From Asterionella formosa (taxonomy: Eukaryota), in NCBI GenBank assembly GCA_002256025.1, contig NKIB01012722.1, forward strand, positions 1 to 64,000: a stretch of DNA of 64,000 nucleotides, in the 5' to 3' direction. The position numbers and the translations under genes were made by a program. Positions within the stretch are counted from its first letter, which is position 1. Each line of letters begins with the position of its first letter. The notes beneath the pieces are model-generated. The model was given only the letters and a program-made list of their open reading frames with translations, was not told the origin of the DNA and did no database searches. Below, one piece after another: positions 47,431 through 61,900 of the stretch.

Positions 47431-48471
47431 TCATGGCAATAGCGTTGGCTCACATGTTGGCGTTGACGGTGATTGCTTGGTGGTACTATGGACACTTCCA
47501 CTCTTTTTTCCTTTTCGTGGTCCTCGACCTCCCCTGCCACCCCGTGAGGGTCTTGTTGGCGTAGTCGTCGTAGGACTGCTTTTCTCCTCCGTATGAGCTA
47601 CCGATAGTGCAGCTTGATTACTATTGTTGAGTTGATCTTCATGCCACTTTTCCAAAATTGCAACTGCCGCTTGAATTTGTTCTTTGTCAGTACCGGATAC
47701 GATCAACTGCCACTTGTCGCCATCCTTCTTCTTTTTGACCAAACAATCTGTCTTACGACCTACATTTCGCAACTTTGTTTGTGACGGAAGTACCGTGACA
47801 ATAATGACCATGGTATCGTCCACCGGATCTACCGATTTAGTGGGTGCCTGCTTTTTCGCAGACGAAGGCGTCTTGTCAGTACTAGACAGAACCAATATTT
47901 TGTCTAAGCACGCTCTGACGTTTTCCAACTCTCCCTCTAACTGCACAACATCGTGTCTTAGTTCCCGCCGGGGTACCATGATTCGCACTTGTGTATCTGC
48001 ACTAAGATTAGCAAGGACCAATCCACGCTTGCCAATTAGGGCCGCATGTTTTGTTCTCGACAGGGGCACATCCAAGACAACCTCATCCAGTTCCAGGACA
48101 ATTTTTTTCAAGAACTGACCCGCCGCCAAAGCCCCGCACGGATCCCCTCGAATGACTACTGGCGTCCAGTGGGGACTACTCCAATCTAGTTCTGAGTAAG
48201 TGTATGGCACCGGCGTCTCGTCTTCCTCCTCGTGGCCCACGACGGAAACTCGAATGCTTCCCGTCCCGACAGTTTGCGCATGCCTTTGAATCTGGCCGAT
48301 TGTCGACCCGCGGCGACCAATGACGGCACCCACCGTATTCGTGGGAATGTAGCAAGTAAGGGTCACTTGGGGGTGCAGGAGGGCGCCTGAGCGTGCGGCG
48401 ATGGACGAAAAGATAGAGTCTGAATTATCTGTCGATTTTGAGCGCGGTTTCTTGTCGGAGTAGCCAGTCAT
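47431..48471 (-). CDS. KH-domain RNA-binding protein
   Basis: GxxG loops VGAVIGRRGSTI and HAALIGKRGLVL, plus an RGG-containing tail. Confidence 0.85.
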   Translation of the reverse strand: MTGYSDKKPRSKSTDNSDSIFSSIAARSGALLHPQVTLTCYIPTNTVGAVIGRRGSTIGQIQRHAQTVGTGSIRVSVVGHEEEDETPVPYTYSELDWSSPHWTPVVIRGDPCGALAAGQFLKKIVLELDEVVLDVPLSRTKHAALIGKRGLVLANLSADTQVRIMVPRRELRHDVVQLEGELENVRACLDKILVLSSTDKTPSSAKKQAPTKSVDPVDDTMVIIVTVLPSQTKLRNVGRKTDCLVKKKKDGDKWQLIVSGTDKEQIQAAVAILEKWHEDQLNNSNQAALSVAHTEEKSSPTTTTPTRPSRGGRGGRGPRKGKKSGSVHSTTKQSPSTPTCEPTLLP

Positions 48472-49194
48472 TTGCAGCGCCTTGAATGGGTCTTAGTTTC
48501 AATCGATGGTTTGGATGGACAATGACTGTGATTTGGCAACACAATAAACTCAAGTAACACCGAGGAGAGAGTGATAAGTACATCTACGGTAGTATAATAA
48601 TACCAAAAATCAACTGAAGATCGAGTCGGGGACCCCCGCTGCCCGCTATGGGGACCAAATATAACGTGACTGAAGCAATTTGGAGTCTTTTGAACTTGTT
48701 TCAGGGCGGTTCCAGGAATTCGAGAATTTTTCACGATAATAGTACCCGGTAATATAGTATGTACCATATATACCATAGACGTGTAAGTGCGTAGTAGATC
48801 TAAAAGCCATGTTCAACAGTTCCAGTTCCAATATAATAGAGCACAAAATTTTGCTCTGCCTAGTTTTTGACTACAACTACTGGTACCTTCTTTTCGTCGA
48901 AATGGGGATATATCGGAGATCCAAGTTCATTTAATTACAATTGTGACATGACCAAGAGATTGATACTTACAAGACATTCTTACATTCTTGTGAGATTCCA
49001 GGATCCCAGAGGAATAATCTGGCACAGAACAGTATCAGGCATTAGAGTTGGTATGAAATCACTCAATGAAAAAGGCACTTCCTTGTTGGAAGAAACAATG
49101 GTAACATATTCTATGTTACTTGACTTATGGTACAATATGTACTTTCCTGGACCTACATAAAATAGATGGTACAAGTCCTTTGCATATTATTCAA

Positions 49195-49645
49195 TATCAT
49201 AGCAGGCCCTTCAACAAAGACTACCAGTATACTGATTCATACTCTCAACATAGCGACTTACTTAATATACACAGGTATTTTCTATGTCACCTGTGAAACG
49301 TGTGTTCCCATTCCCATTCACATGTACATCATTATGTAAATGAGATTGAGCATGACTATGGTATGTAACAAGTAATATCGAGTAGTACATAGTATGTAGC
49401 TACACTACACAAATTTGACATAGCATCACTGACCTGCTATTATGGAGTACAACAGTTAGCACATTGCTAGACTTACCAAGAGATGATATAAGCCCTATAT
49501 GACTTTAACCTTATAGGCTCTTCTACAGAGACTATACTGGTTCTTACTCTCACTCTAGAGACTTGAACAATACACACAGTGTACTACTTGTATGTATACA
49601 TCACACCTAAAAAGTGAAATGTGTTCCCTTTCTTTCACATTCAGC
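49195..49645 (+). repeat. Two decayed copies of a repeat of about 130 bp, with a third at about 27990-28130
   Basis: The pattern AGGC.CTTC.ACA.AGA.TA...TTC.TACTCTCA...TAG.GACTT...GAAA(C/T)GT...TTCCC appears at about 49200, 49515 and 27995. Confidence 0.6.
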
Positions 49646-51338
49646 ACATGACCAACATGGTGCCCATATGTATTAGAACATGTATATGTACACAGGATTG
49701 ATCATGAATATTATGCGATGTCATGCATAGTTACAGCTACTAGCGTGTAGCGCACAGGACACATTTCATTATGTAGCCAAGACCTCCTTATGCATATGAT
49801 GACGTCATACCTATTGGTACATATCTACCTCTAGACTGGATGTAGCAATGCTAGGATAAATTCTAATTCTAAGTATAGAGTACAATCAGAGCTCATATGT
49901 AATAAAACCTTTGGATTATGGCCTTTGTGAGTCCCCATGATTCCCACGACTACTAACCTTGAGCTGCCTAATATAGATGAACTAATCTTGAAGCTCATAA
50001 ATTAACATTTCACAATATCAAAAGAACACCTACCTTAACCCTGACAATAATAGGGCAGTACTTGACCTATGGTACATAGGATTACCTATAGATCAGACTA
50101 TGCAAATAGCTATAATTAACCAAAACCACATAGCAACATTAACTGATCCACGAGCTCTACTAAAGTAGATACCAAATAACTGGATGGTTCTAATATATAA
50201 AGATAGTGCAACAATACACACTAATCCAGAGTCATGATTCAGTATAGACATCTAGGATTAATAGTTAGCCTAGTGAGAGCGAGAAATTACCTCTTGAGAC
50301 CACTCACTACAACGTCTGATCTCGACGTAGAGTCTCATACATTGATTCCCTAATGGTTAAAGGGTCATCTAGACTAAACTAAGACTTATACTCTGCCAAG
50401 CGGTATCCCATAAGTAATCTTTACTTAGTAATATCAAAGCTAGGATTAAACCTAGTAAAGATTAGTGAATGAACAATATTATCCTTACTAGGTCTAAACC
50501 AAGGGTACTACTAGCAAGTCACAATGGTCAATGCAGTCTCAAGGATTCCCAAATGCCCCCTTTCCAAGATTAGATCTACCCAGCGAGCAAATATTTTTTA
50601 ATAACATTTAGCTCACTCTTTTTATATTCCCTGAACACGCTTGGACTTGATCCAATAGGGATGTAGAAAAAATTCATTAGGGGAGCAACCCTGCCCACTT
50701 ATTTTATATTTCACATTAACAAGAGGAATTGAAAAGCCCACAACAAGCACATGTAAGCCACTGCTACATCCTTACAAGAAAATAATACTAGTGGCAGCTA
50801 ATACATAGGTGTGAATAAATGGATGGTAGATGGGTACCAGGTACTAGGATGACGCATGATCAACTTGACCATTGTCATCGTCCTTTAGTACTGGGTACCT
50901 GGTACCGGTATTCGTTTAACCACTCGTCAAAAACCTCGTTGGGCGCGCCAAAATCCAGAGGTCGTTGGTATCTATATTTATTATTATAGCTTGATAAATG
51001 TTGAGGTATCGATTCAGATGTGCCATGAAAACCACATACAGTATTTTACAGTGAAGTGAGAATGTTTCGGTGTACGTAGAGTACCAGTTACCACGGTACC
51101 AGTTCCCGCATCAGCATGCCTACAACATGCTGGCGTTTCCTGAAGCAACTATAGGCGCGAATTGTATGTAAATCACAATATTATTGCCGGGCAGTCAGTC
51201 TAGTGTACCAACCACCGGCAGATATAAACCGGTTTACATGTCTTCTTGACAACAAGCATTGCTTCAACTTCATTATTGATATTTCACTTTGCTAGTTGTA
51301 TCCGTTGTTTGCTGCTATTGTTTCGTCTAACCACCATC

Positions 51339-54300
51339 ATGGCGAGCAAGAAGGAAAGCACCAAGTGTAAGGCCTTTGGAACGTCAGCATCAGTAATGAA
51401 GCAAGGGTCGCTCTTTTCCTTCTTCAGCAAGAAGCCGGCTTCCATCACTGATCTCAATGGAGCGAGTGCCGGCACTACGGAATTAGCCACACGCGATAGC
51501 AAACCTGCTGCTGCTGATCTCACTTTGACTGATACGAAGAAAGAAGCTCCTCACAAGATCACTCCTTCGCCCACGATTCCATCAGATGCGACCAAGCAGA
51601 AAGTCCTACCTTCTATCAAAACCGCAGCCAAATGGCAGGACGTCACGGTCGGAGCTCGTTTACTCGTATACTGGCCCGACGACGACAAACACTATAAGGC
51701 AACAGTGTCCGCCAAGAAGAACAAAGATGCATCCATCTTCACCCTGACGTACGATGACGGGGAGATCGAACGCGTTGATTTACGGACAGAATCCTTTCGA
51801 ATTATTGACAATGATGATTTGGATCCCAACTCTGATGCGCAAACACCGGCGAAGAAGAAACGGAAAATTAAAGAAGAATCGGATGAAGAAGAATTCGAAT
51901 TCGATGCTGACGAAATGTCTGTTCAAAGTGAAGAATCCAACTTTGAAGACGATGAACAAGAGGAGGAGGAGGAAATGGAACAGTGGATGGTGACAGACGA
52001 CGAAATCGACGATGTTGTCAATACGCCGAAAAACAAAAAGAAATTTACCGTTACAAAAATTCATCCAAGAACGCCAATCTCCAAAAAGAGTCCGTCGACG
52101 TCCTCTCGCACTCCGTCAAATGCAACAACGCCTGGATCTGCTCGCTCCAGCGCTGGCAGCACGGCTGTGACGCCAACCACTCAGCGACCCACACCTGTAT
52201 CTAACAAGCCGGGATCTCCCCTGCCTTTTGTTGCTGGTGCAGTGAATCCTTCTGGATCTCACATACACAACCACCTCGCCTTTCTACGCGAACCCCGAGA
52301 CAAACAGGGCCGCGTCATGTCCTCACCGGACTACGACCCGCACACCCTTAAGGTCGATTTCAATGAACTTACACGACTCGACGGTAAGATTTCACCAGCC
52401 CAGCAACAATGGTGGGACATTAAGTCACAGTACTTTGATACGGTCCTCTTGTTCAAGACCGGAAAATTTTACGAAATGTTTCATATGGACGCAGACATTG
52501 GCGTCAAAGTCTTGGGCTTCGCGTACATGAAGGGAGCCCAAGCACATGCAGGGTTCCCAGAAGTGGGATATGGAAAGTTCTCTGCCATGCTAGTGCAGGC
52601 AGGATACAAGGTGGCGCGCGTAGAGCAGACAGAAACACCCGACATGCTGAAGGAGCGCAAAAAGTCAAAGAAAGCGGGAACCAAGGCCCCGCAAGTAATG
52701 AACCGGGAAGTCTGTTCCATCTTAACTGCAGGAACTAGGACCTTTTGTTATATGGATGACGTGGATGGACTCATGGATGGAAGCAATTATTCCAGTTCTG
52801 TTGGGCCATTGTTGGCAATTAAAGAGATTCCCGTGGAAATTAGCTCTCCGCAGGAGGATACCAACGTGCAGCCAGTGTGTGAATATGGCGTGACTATTAT
52901 TGATGCAGTCCGAGCCACCGTGACCATTGGGCAGTTTGCAGATGATATCCTGCGCTCTCGCATGAATACGCTGCTGGTTCGCTTTCAACCATCCGAGGCG
53001 AGTAGTCATATGCGACCTTTCCCCTCGTTTCCCCTTCATTGTCATTCTCACATTTTCCTTTATTTGTTTTTACAGATTTTGGTCGAGGGTGGAGAGAATG
53101 GAGCTTCTCTCACCTTGTTATCTTTGATTCAGTCAGCACAAGTCAGTTCCACTTGCAATGCTCAGGTTGAACGCATTCAGCCTACTTCGACCTTTCCCCA
53201 GTCCAACGCAATTGACGCGGCACACCGACAAAAACTTGAACGCAAACGCTCAACAATTCATCCCTGGGATGTGCAAGAAACAATCGAAGAGATTCACCGT
53301 CGAGGCTACTATCCACGTGCATCTCGTCAACAAGAGGGTCAATTCAGCACGTCGCGCTGGCCCAGAATCCTTCACATGTGCGTGGAAGGAGAAGCGCAGT
53401 TGGCTCTAGCAAGTTTTGGGGCTGCTTTATTTTATTTGCAGCGAAACCTTATCGACCAAGAAATTCTGGGAATGGGTGCTGTCCAAGCCTACATTCCTCC
53501 TGTCGCTTCGGGGACCGCTCTTGGTCCAAACGGAAGCTTAGATCATATGGCTTATCAGCAAGAGCAAGGTCTGGACTTTGAACAAGTACCTCCTATGATA
53601 CCTCATGCACGCGGGCAGGGTGAACCAGACTTTCAGTGTCAATTGAAATTTTCAGAAGAATGCAACACCAGCCACATGGCTCTGGATGGCACTACGCTTC
53701 AAAATCTAGAAATCTTGGCCAACGCAAAAACACATACATCAGCCGGAAGTCTTTGGTCCAAGATTAATTTCACAAAGACGCCTCACGGGAGTCGAATGTT
53801 ACGAGCCTGGTTATTGCGTCCTCTCTTTCGAAAAGCGGACATCGAGAGACGCGCTGATGCCGTTGAGGAGCTGGTATCTGGGGGAGCAGCTGTTGCCATC
53901 TCCGAAGCGCGCAATATATTGGCCAAGGTCGGAGATATTGAGCGTCTATTGTCTCGTGTTCATAGCATGGGTGGACGAGCAGAAGATTGTGAGCAAGGTC
54001 GCGCTCATCCCAATGAACGAGCTGTCTTGTACGAAGGAAAAACTCATACAAAGAGAAAGGTTGGTGACTTTTCAAAGGTGCTAAACGGGCTCAAGCAAGC
54101 ATGTCGCATTCCCGAATTGTTCGAAGGAGTAGATGTTCAGAGTGGACTTCTCAAGAAAATTGTTCGCCCCGTGGATAAAACAGGATGCTTCCCTGATATG
54201 GGGAGCGAACTTGATTTCTTCTTCCTGCATTTTGATCTCAAGGCCGCAGCCGAAGGAAGCTTTGAACCAAGCCGAGGATTCGACGAGTCATACGACGATG

Positions 54301-55849
54301 CATGTGATGACATCGAGCGCATCGAACGCGAGTTCGACGAGTACAAGAATGAAATGTGTGACAATCATCTTAGAAATGGGCATGCCGCGAAGTCAAAATG
54401 GAAATACATAAACACCCAACCTGAATCCAAAGACAAGTATTTCATTGAGCTTCCTGCGACAATCAGTGTTCCTGATGACTTCATTGTAAAAGGAAAACGG
54501 TAAGTACAACGGCTCACCTTTTGGTGGCATGTGCATGCTTTCCTTTCTCACCGCTATGTACTTCGTACACATTTTATGTAGTGGAAATGGGAATAACCAA
54601 GTGAACAAGTATCGTACTCGAGTCACTGAAGAAGTAAGTAATTGTAGAATGACCGCGATTCTGTCATATCTGTGACGCGACAACCTGCTCATCAAATTTC
54701 TTAGTTGGTTCAGGAGCTCGAGCATGCCCTCGATGTCCGCAAGGAAGGGAAACAAAGGGGACTGCAAATGATCTTTGCAAAGTTCGACTCCAAGCGTGAC
54801 CTATGGGCTGCCGCTGCACAATGTACCGCAATTCTTGATGCACTTGGCTCATTGGCGCATGCCGCCTCCAAGCCAGGCTTTACTCGACCGACCATTTTGG
54901 AGTGCCTCCCAGACGCGAGACCCTGTATTCATATTTCCCAAGGACGCCACCCTTGCGTCGATATCACACACAGCGGCGGACAATTCATTCCTAACAACTT
55001 GACTCTCGGCTCGCTTAGCAAGGGCGACTTTCAGAATCCACGAGTTCTTCTTTTGAGTGGTCCAAATATGGTACGTTTGGTTAACAGATATCGCGGCCCT
55101 TCCTGCAGAATTATTTTCTAATTTTCACTGCCCTAAAGGGAGGAAAAAGTACACTTCTTCGTCAAACTTGCTTAATTTCTATTCTTGCTCAGATTGGTTG
55201 CTTTGTTCCCGCCGAAGAGTGCGTATTGACCCCTGTAGATCGAATCTTTACACGACTCGGAGCCAGCGATCGCATTCTTCTCGGCCAATCCACATTCTTT
55301 GTTGAACTGGCTGAGACAGCAAGTGCCCTGCGTGGTGCGACTCGGCGATCGTTGGTGATAATGGATGAACTTGGTCGAGGAACTTCCACATTTGACGGAA
55401 CCGCAATCGCCAGTGCATGTGTTCAGCATCTGGTTCACAACAACAAATGCTTGACTCTCTTTGCTACTCATTATCACTCCCTACTCGAGGAATGGATGGA
55501 TGACCCTTCTGTTCGACTTGGCCACATGGAATGCTATGTCGAAGGGGGCGTGGACGACGACGAGGACCCCAACGATGAAGGCAAAGAGCACAATATTACT
55601 TTTTTGTACACGCTTGCCGAGGGAGCTTGTCCAAAGAGTTTTGGAATAAACGTAGCTAAGCTCGCAGGCCTTCCCGACGAAATTCTCTCCAAAGCAAAGC
55701 AAAAGAGTGCTGCCTTCGAACGTCAGATGGTGGCTGGCAAAGTAAACAGTGGTGCAAGAACCCAGGATGGCTCCCTTGAGACCCAGGTTAAAACCTTGCT
55801 TGAGAGAAACGATATGGATGCCCTTAACAAGCTATGGCTGTCGTTGTAG
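51339..55849 (+). CDS. MSH6: DNA mismatch repair protein MSH6 (N-terminal PIP box and Tudor-like domain); several introns
   Basis: PIP box QGSLFSFF, Tudor-like [10 protein letters not shown]...[38 protein letters not shown] (spliced), [12 protein letters not shown] and FATHYH. Confidence 0.95.
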
Positions 55850-55903
55850 GCGTAGAACAACTAGAATATGTACGCTGACAAGATACGTAAATGAAGTTAG
55901 CAA

Positions 55904-58900
55904 TTAATAATATTGTAAAGCGGCCAGCATACTATTCTTGAACTCTATCTTGGCCTCTGGTGACATGGACTCGTAAGCCTTCTTGATACCATCGACGATT
56001 CCTTGCGTACCGATTCTGGCAGTATTACCTCCAGCAGTCATCACCTGGAACACTTCTTGAACCACGCAAGACCTCGTGTACTCAACTACCTTTTGCTCAA
56101 GGCATTCGTTGTTTTGAGCCATCCAAGATAAGACAATTTTATCGTTATCCCAGAGGGCCTCAGTCGACCGTGGGTTCTCAAGGAACCACTCTTTAATTAG
56201 AGCGCTTGCTTCAATGGGAGTCAATGCTTTTACTCCTCGGCCCACATCAGCAGCATCAATTATCTTGCGTCGTAAATCGAACTCTGCGAGCTTTCGTCGA
56301 AGTCGCCAAAAGAAGAAGGAGCGAGCGCGACTCCATTCAACTTCTCTCTCGATAACTCCGACAGCCTTCATGCGGCCAGGAGTATCGTGGAGCTCACAGA
56401 ACTGGACAGACAGTTGCTCGTACACAGGAAGAAGAGATCGCTCTCGCTTTGCAATACGCTCATTGATCACACCACGCTCCGCCTCATCAGTTTGCTCCTG
56501 GAGCTTGGCATCCAATGCAACTAGCTGATCATCTAGTCGATGCATCGTGATGATCAAATCGCTTCTTCGGTATTTTACACTTGCTGCACCGTTGGCTTCT
56601 AGGACTCCCCCTCTTGCCGTTCCCTTGGAGGCATACATTCCCATTACACCAGCATTGATGGACGCATCCAAGACAACCCATGCTCCGCCACGAATCTCAC
56701 CAAATGGAGGAATGACTACAAAGACGGGCTGTTGATAAGCAACAAAGGCATCAACAATCAAGGCACCATACTTAAGGACCTCATCAAACATATCTCTTTG
56801 GCCTCCGCTAAACCCTCGCCAATTGGCAAACACAATCAATGGAAGATCCTCAGTTCGAAAGTCGTTGATTGCCTGTGCTGTCTTGTAGGCACTATTTGGG
56901 AACCATACACATCCGGCTTGTTGGATGACCGCCTCAGACGCCTTGACATCAGCAGGATCAGCAGGCTTTATTGCTTCAGCAGTTCGGTTCTCAGTAATAA
57001 TAACACCCATAGGAATTCCACCAAGTCGAGCCCGTCCAACGACGACAGTTTTGGCCCACCCCGACAAGCTCTCCGTAAAACTTCCTTTGTCGAAGAAACC
57101 ACTTTGCCAGACTCCGCGGTCATCATCCCCTCCCGCAATGAGAAATCGAGGGTCATAGGGCACACCTGCCACTGGCATAAAATCAATCGCTCTCTCTATT
57201 TCATCAATGCCACGGATATCTGATATTGGCAACATACCCCTCCTTGTAGAAGGCACGTAAGACAACCAGTCGATAGCTGCCTTCACTGCTCCAAGATGAT
57301 CATATGCAACTAAGTGTGAAATTCCGTTTGGATACATAATTTGTGGACCACCAAGCTGATCATTGGTTGAGTAAACATCGACTCCCATCAGCTTATTCAG
57401 CGCTTGATAGCCCGTCAAAATGATAGGCGAAGCAGTAGTCCTCTGGATTGTTCGTTGACCAAGGCGAACAAGATAGGCTCCGATACCTACAGTTCTGCCA
57501 AGAACAATAGTCAGAGTGAATATTTCTTGATACGCAGAACTCGTTTCTCCTGCAATGAGACCTGACCCCTTCAAGTTCTCAACACCAAGGTCAGGCTCGG
57601 AACCAATGATATCAGTAAGTCTGTAAACCTCTTCTCCCTTGTATGTGACCTTTTCGGCAATAACTTCTTGCTTGTTCATGGTAAGCATTTCGTATATGTC
57701 TTTTGTCAAATAGAGAAAATCAAACCCATTCTCAGGCTTCGAGTGGTCTTTGAAAGCCACTTTGAACGACTTTTTAACTCGTTCAGCAAGCCCAATTCTG
57801 GCGCCTGAATTTGCCGCCACGTAAAGGCGGGGGATCTTGTGCTCTCTTGCATATTCCGACGCAAGCTTGAACACTACATCTTCTCTGGTTCCGAAGCTAC
57901 CAGCCTTATGAGTGATATCATTCGCGATCAATACAACTTGTCGTCCCTCAGGATACTCCCGGGTTTTGAGCACCATCAACCAAGCAACCATCCCAACATC
58001 GTTTGCACCAGCTCCACGATTGGTTTGCACCAACTCAAGTTTACCATCAAGATAGTCTTGCATGGTCCATGGTCCATCTGCACGCTTAAGCTGGACCACT
58101 AACTCGGAAGTGTACATAACCATCAAGGGGCGACCAGCCGCACGAATACCACCTTCAATGCCACCCTTTGTAGCAGTCTCGGTCCATTGCTGTTCGATTG
58201 CTGCTTCGAACAAAGCAGGCAAATCGTAACAGTATAGAGTATCTGACGAACTCAGTGCGTTCATTCGCTGGGCATCAAACGGACGAGTCAAAGGATAAGG
58301 TGTATCTACAGGTTGTCCCTCCCATGAGCTGTCACTGCTACTTGCGAGACTTGCTTTCGTTCCTCCGATCAACTTGAAGACTCTCTCGCCTCCAACAACA
58401 CTAATAGCTTCGACGTACGTACTCATCACATGGACATAACCCGTCGGATTGCTCGCAACAAGGCGTAGCGCGATGGGGGGAGAATCCCGGCTCAAACAGC
58501 AAACGATTCGAGCTTCCACTTCAGCTATTCCAAGACTGGTGATTCTCTCGCCGTGACGCTTCAGAATGTCAACAACAACTTGCTCTACCACCACTGGGTC
58601 GAGAACCAATTTGTCGTAATCACTGATCATATTGACGAACAGATGATTATCAGCTTTGCATTTCAATGCGACGACATCCATGGCATTCAGCGAGTCAACA
58701 AGAACTCGTTCAAAACTCGACGACGAGAACTCTAACACATAGCTCAAAGCTCGCACGAAGATCCGTGGAGATCTATTGGCTTTCTTATCTTTGCTTAGTG
58801 CAGCAGGCTTTGGGGTGGCTTCATACATATGAGCAAAGCATGTAATCGTATGTCTTGATCCGACATTTTTAACTCGAAAGTTGGTGGCAATTCTACTGAG

Positions 58901-61900
58901 GTCAAGATGAAAGACATGACTAGGCTCAATGTGTCGATATAAACTCTCTTCCTTGAACTCTGGAGAGCGGTAAGTAAAGAGCGCAGGAGGCGGGAGCTCG
59001 TTGATTCCATCTTCAAGGACCTGGTCAAGAGCAAAAGTGACCCTTCGAACGTCCGCTTGAGAGAGCAAATCATGGTACGGAGTCAAAAGTTTCTGACATC
59101 TATCGGCCATTTCGTCCATCATGTTTGCTTCAAGACGAGTACATGCGACCACGATGTAGAGAACATTGATCGGTCCTGTCCCACATGTTTCTTGAGGGAA
59201 GTTCTTCAACACAGTTTCGACTTTCGAAGCGTCGTTCAGATCCTCAATTTTGTCCACCAGACAACACACACCTGTTCGCAATGTCATGTGGGGTATATTT
59301 TCCTTGTTCGCCGTTTGTAGGAGATTATTTTCAGAATCACTATCTGCTAGGTCGGCAAGATTACTCAACGAAGCAGAGCTACTAATAATTCGTGTCAAAT
59401 CAGATGTACTCACAACGGAGGTCCCGCTGCTGAGGGCACTCTCGGAAGGCTTATTCAAAAAAGAAAACCTTAGAGACCGTGTATCAGGATGCCGTTCGAA
59501 ATCTTTCAAGGTGTAGGGTCTATAGAGGTTTCGGGTGACAAGTTCCATCCAGGCAATTTCCTCTCCAGGCGATGACGCACATTTCAAGAGTGGAAAGATG
59601 ATGTCTTGCATGGGCAAATGTTCATCCAACAAGCATGCGATGTCACGGTCGGGATGAGCGTTCGAATCACTGACAAGCTTTAAGGCCGCATCCCAAAACT
59701 TAAGTTTTCTATCCTCTATGCTTGGCATGCTGGCTTGAAGAAGTAACTTGCGTGCTTTTAGAGCAACATTTGAGTAGGCTTCAGTACCCTTCATCGCCCC
59801 AATTTCGGAAAGACACGGAAGGGCAGCGGAAAGACTTTCCGCTCCGGTGAGAATAGATACCCTTTTCCCAATTGGTGAAGCTGCACTCGTCTTCGAATCA
59901 ACTCGCGAGCCGTCGCTGACCATGGAAATTACCGTCGCAACAATTGAGGCCGTGATTTTTAGGCTGACATGGGCGCGACATATGGCCAGGATGGTTTCGT
60001 AGTCACTAGGATGGGACTTCCTGAGATTGTCAACTGCATCAGCGTATGACTTTCCATCACAAAACCAACGCTCTACAGCGATCCACCTACGGAGCACACC
60101 CAGAAATTCAACCATCGCACGCTCGGACCCAGGTACCCCACTTGCGTGGCTCTTAGCGTAAGGTATCGTTGCTTCACGGAGAGGCGTTGTAAGAACCTCG
60201 AACGCGGTCTGCTCTGCAACACTTGGGAACGACTTGGCACAATCTGCTACAAGTTGAATGATCTTGTCTGCTGGAAATCTGACGATTTCAATCGAAGAAC
60301 GAGTTAGATTTGGTCAAAATAAAAATCGCATAGCTCGGGGCAGCTCTAATTGCAATAGATCTCACCTAAGTTGAATACCACTTCCAGCGGCACTTTCGCA
60401 TTCTAATCTGAACTCCTTCAAAATTGCGGTTAGTTGGTCAAACAGACCAGCGGGAATTCGGCCGCTGAGAACAGAAAGTTGCTCATCAACTTCATGTATA
60501 GGAAGAGTTGGGTTGGTGACAGCAAGCTCTAAATCATGCAATGCTCTGCTGAGCGATGCATCGGAAAGGACGAAACCAGCCATTCCGCCTTGTATCTTTT
60601 GGATGGCCCCACGAAGCATGAGATGGGGTCGTTTAGGGCTTGACGAGTCAAATTCTGCACCCCATCCCAATACTTGAAGATCACCACTGAAAACGGTGGC
60701 AGGCGAAACATTTTCTGGGTTGTCAAGATCGAGCAAGGCTAGGATGTCACCAGGAGCAAGAGCAGCACCCTCGTTGACAATCCACGAGACAACTCCAGCC
60801 TCCTCGACCTTCAATGGCATGAACATTTTCATCACTTCAATTTCTCCGTAAGGTTCTCCTTTCTTCACTCTAGCTCCGTCGGCGACAAGCCTCTTGACCA
60901 ATTTCCCAGCTACGTCTGTTCGAAGGGAGGTTGGATCGTAATCTGGCGAGAACGCGACATTTGCACCGCCAACATTTATGCGCATGCCTGTTGCCACATC
61001 TCCCTTGCTTGTCAAGTATGCAACGTGACTTTTGCCTCCGATATCAATCAAATAACCACCATCACTCAAAAGTCTGACATTAGCGACAATACATTTACTA
61101 TCTGTTTCCGTTAGTGAGATCGAGAAAATGTTTTTACCGATACGAGTAGCGAACATCTTGTACTTAACACCAGAAAGAATGAGCTCCACTTCATTGGTCA
61201 TTGCCAGCAATGATGGAGGAGGGAGTTGTCCCTTTTCGAGCATAGAAAAGAAGTTTTTTTCGCCAGCAGCACATTTGTCAAACGCCATTATAGTTGCCCC
61301 AATAACAACATACGTGTGATTGTTCAGGGTGTTTATTTTCACGTTGGTGGGTCGGCTGAGGCGACTCTCGGCGGCTCCGATTCCATCAACATTTTCTTGA
61401 ATCAAAGCATCCAACCAGGCCGTGTCAATGTCATTGTTCACGAAATCATTCAATTCGATAAGCTTGGAGATGTAATCAACAGTGGTACTAATGTCACCAC
61501 GAATAGACAGCTCTTTGAGAGCAAGGACCATATTTCTTCTTGCCTGCTCTCTGTCGGCACCATTCGCAAAGAGATGCCCGAATTGTGAATCCGCAAATTC
61601 GTGGATAGACCCAGAGCTGTCCATACTGAAGTATCCCCAAACATTTGGTGTCGAGCGGAAATTGATCTCTTGAATACCGCCACTTGTAGGCTTAAAACCA
61701 GCTTCAGCATTCTCCGCTGTAATTCTGACCGCAATGCAGTGTCCATGTGGGGGTACCCGTTTTGCAGTATCAAAATCAATCAGTGATTTAGGTGAATGGG
61801 GTTCTTCTTCAAACCGGTTACGCCCATATAGTTCACGTATTTCAGGAATGCAGTAGAGTGGGATGCCCATTGCAACCTGCAGTTGAGCAGCGGGCAAATT

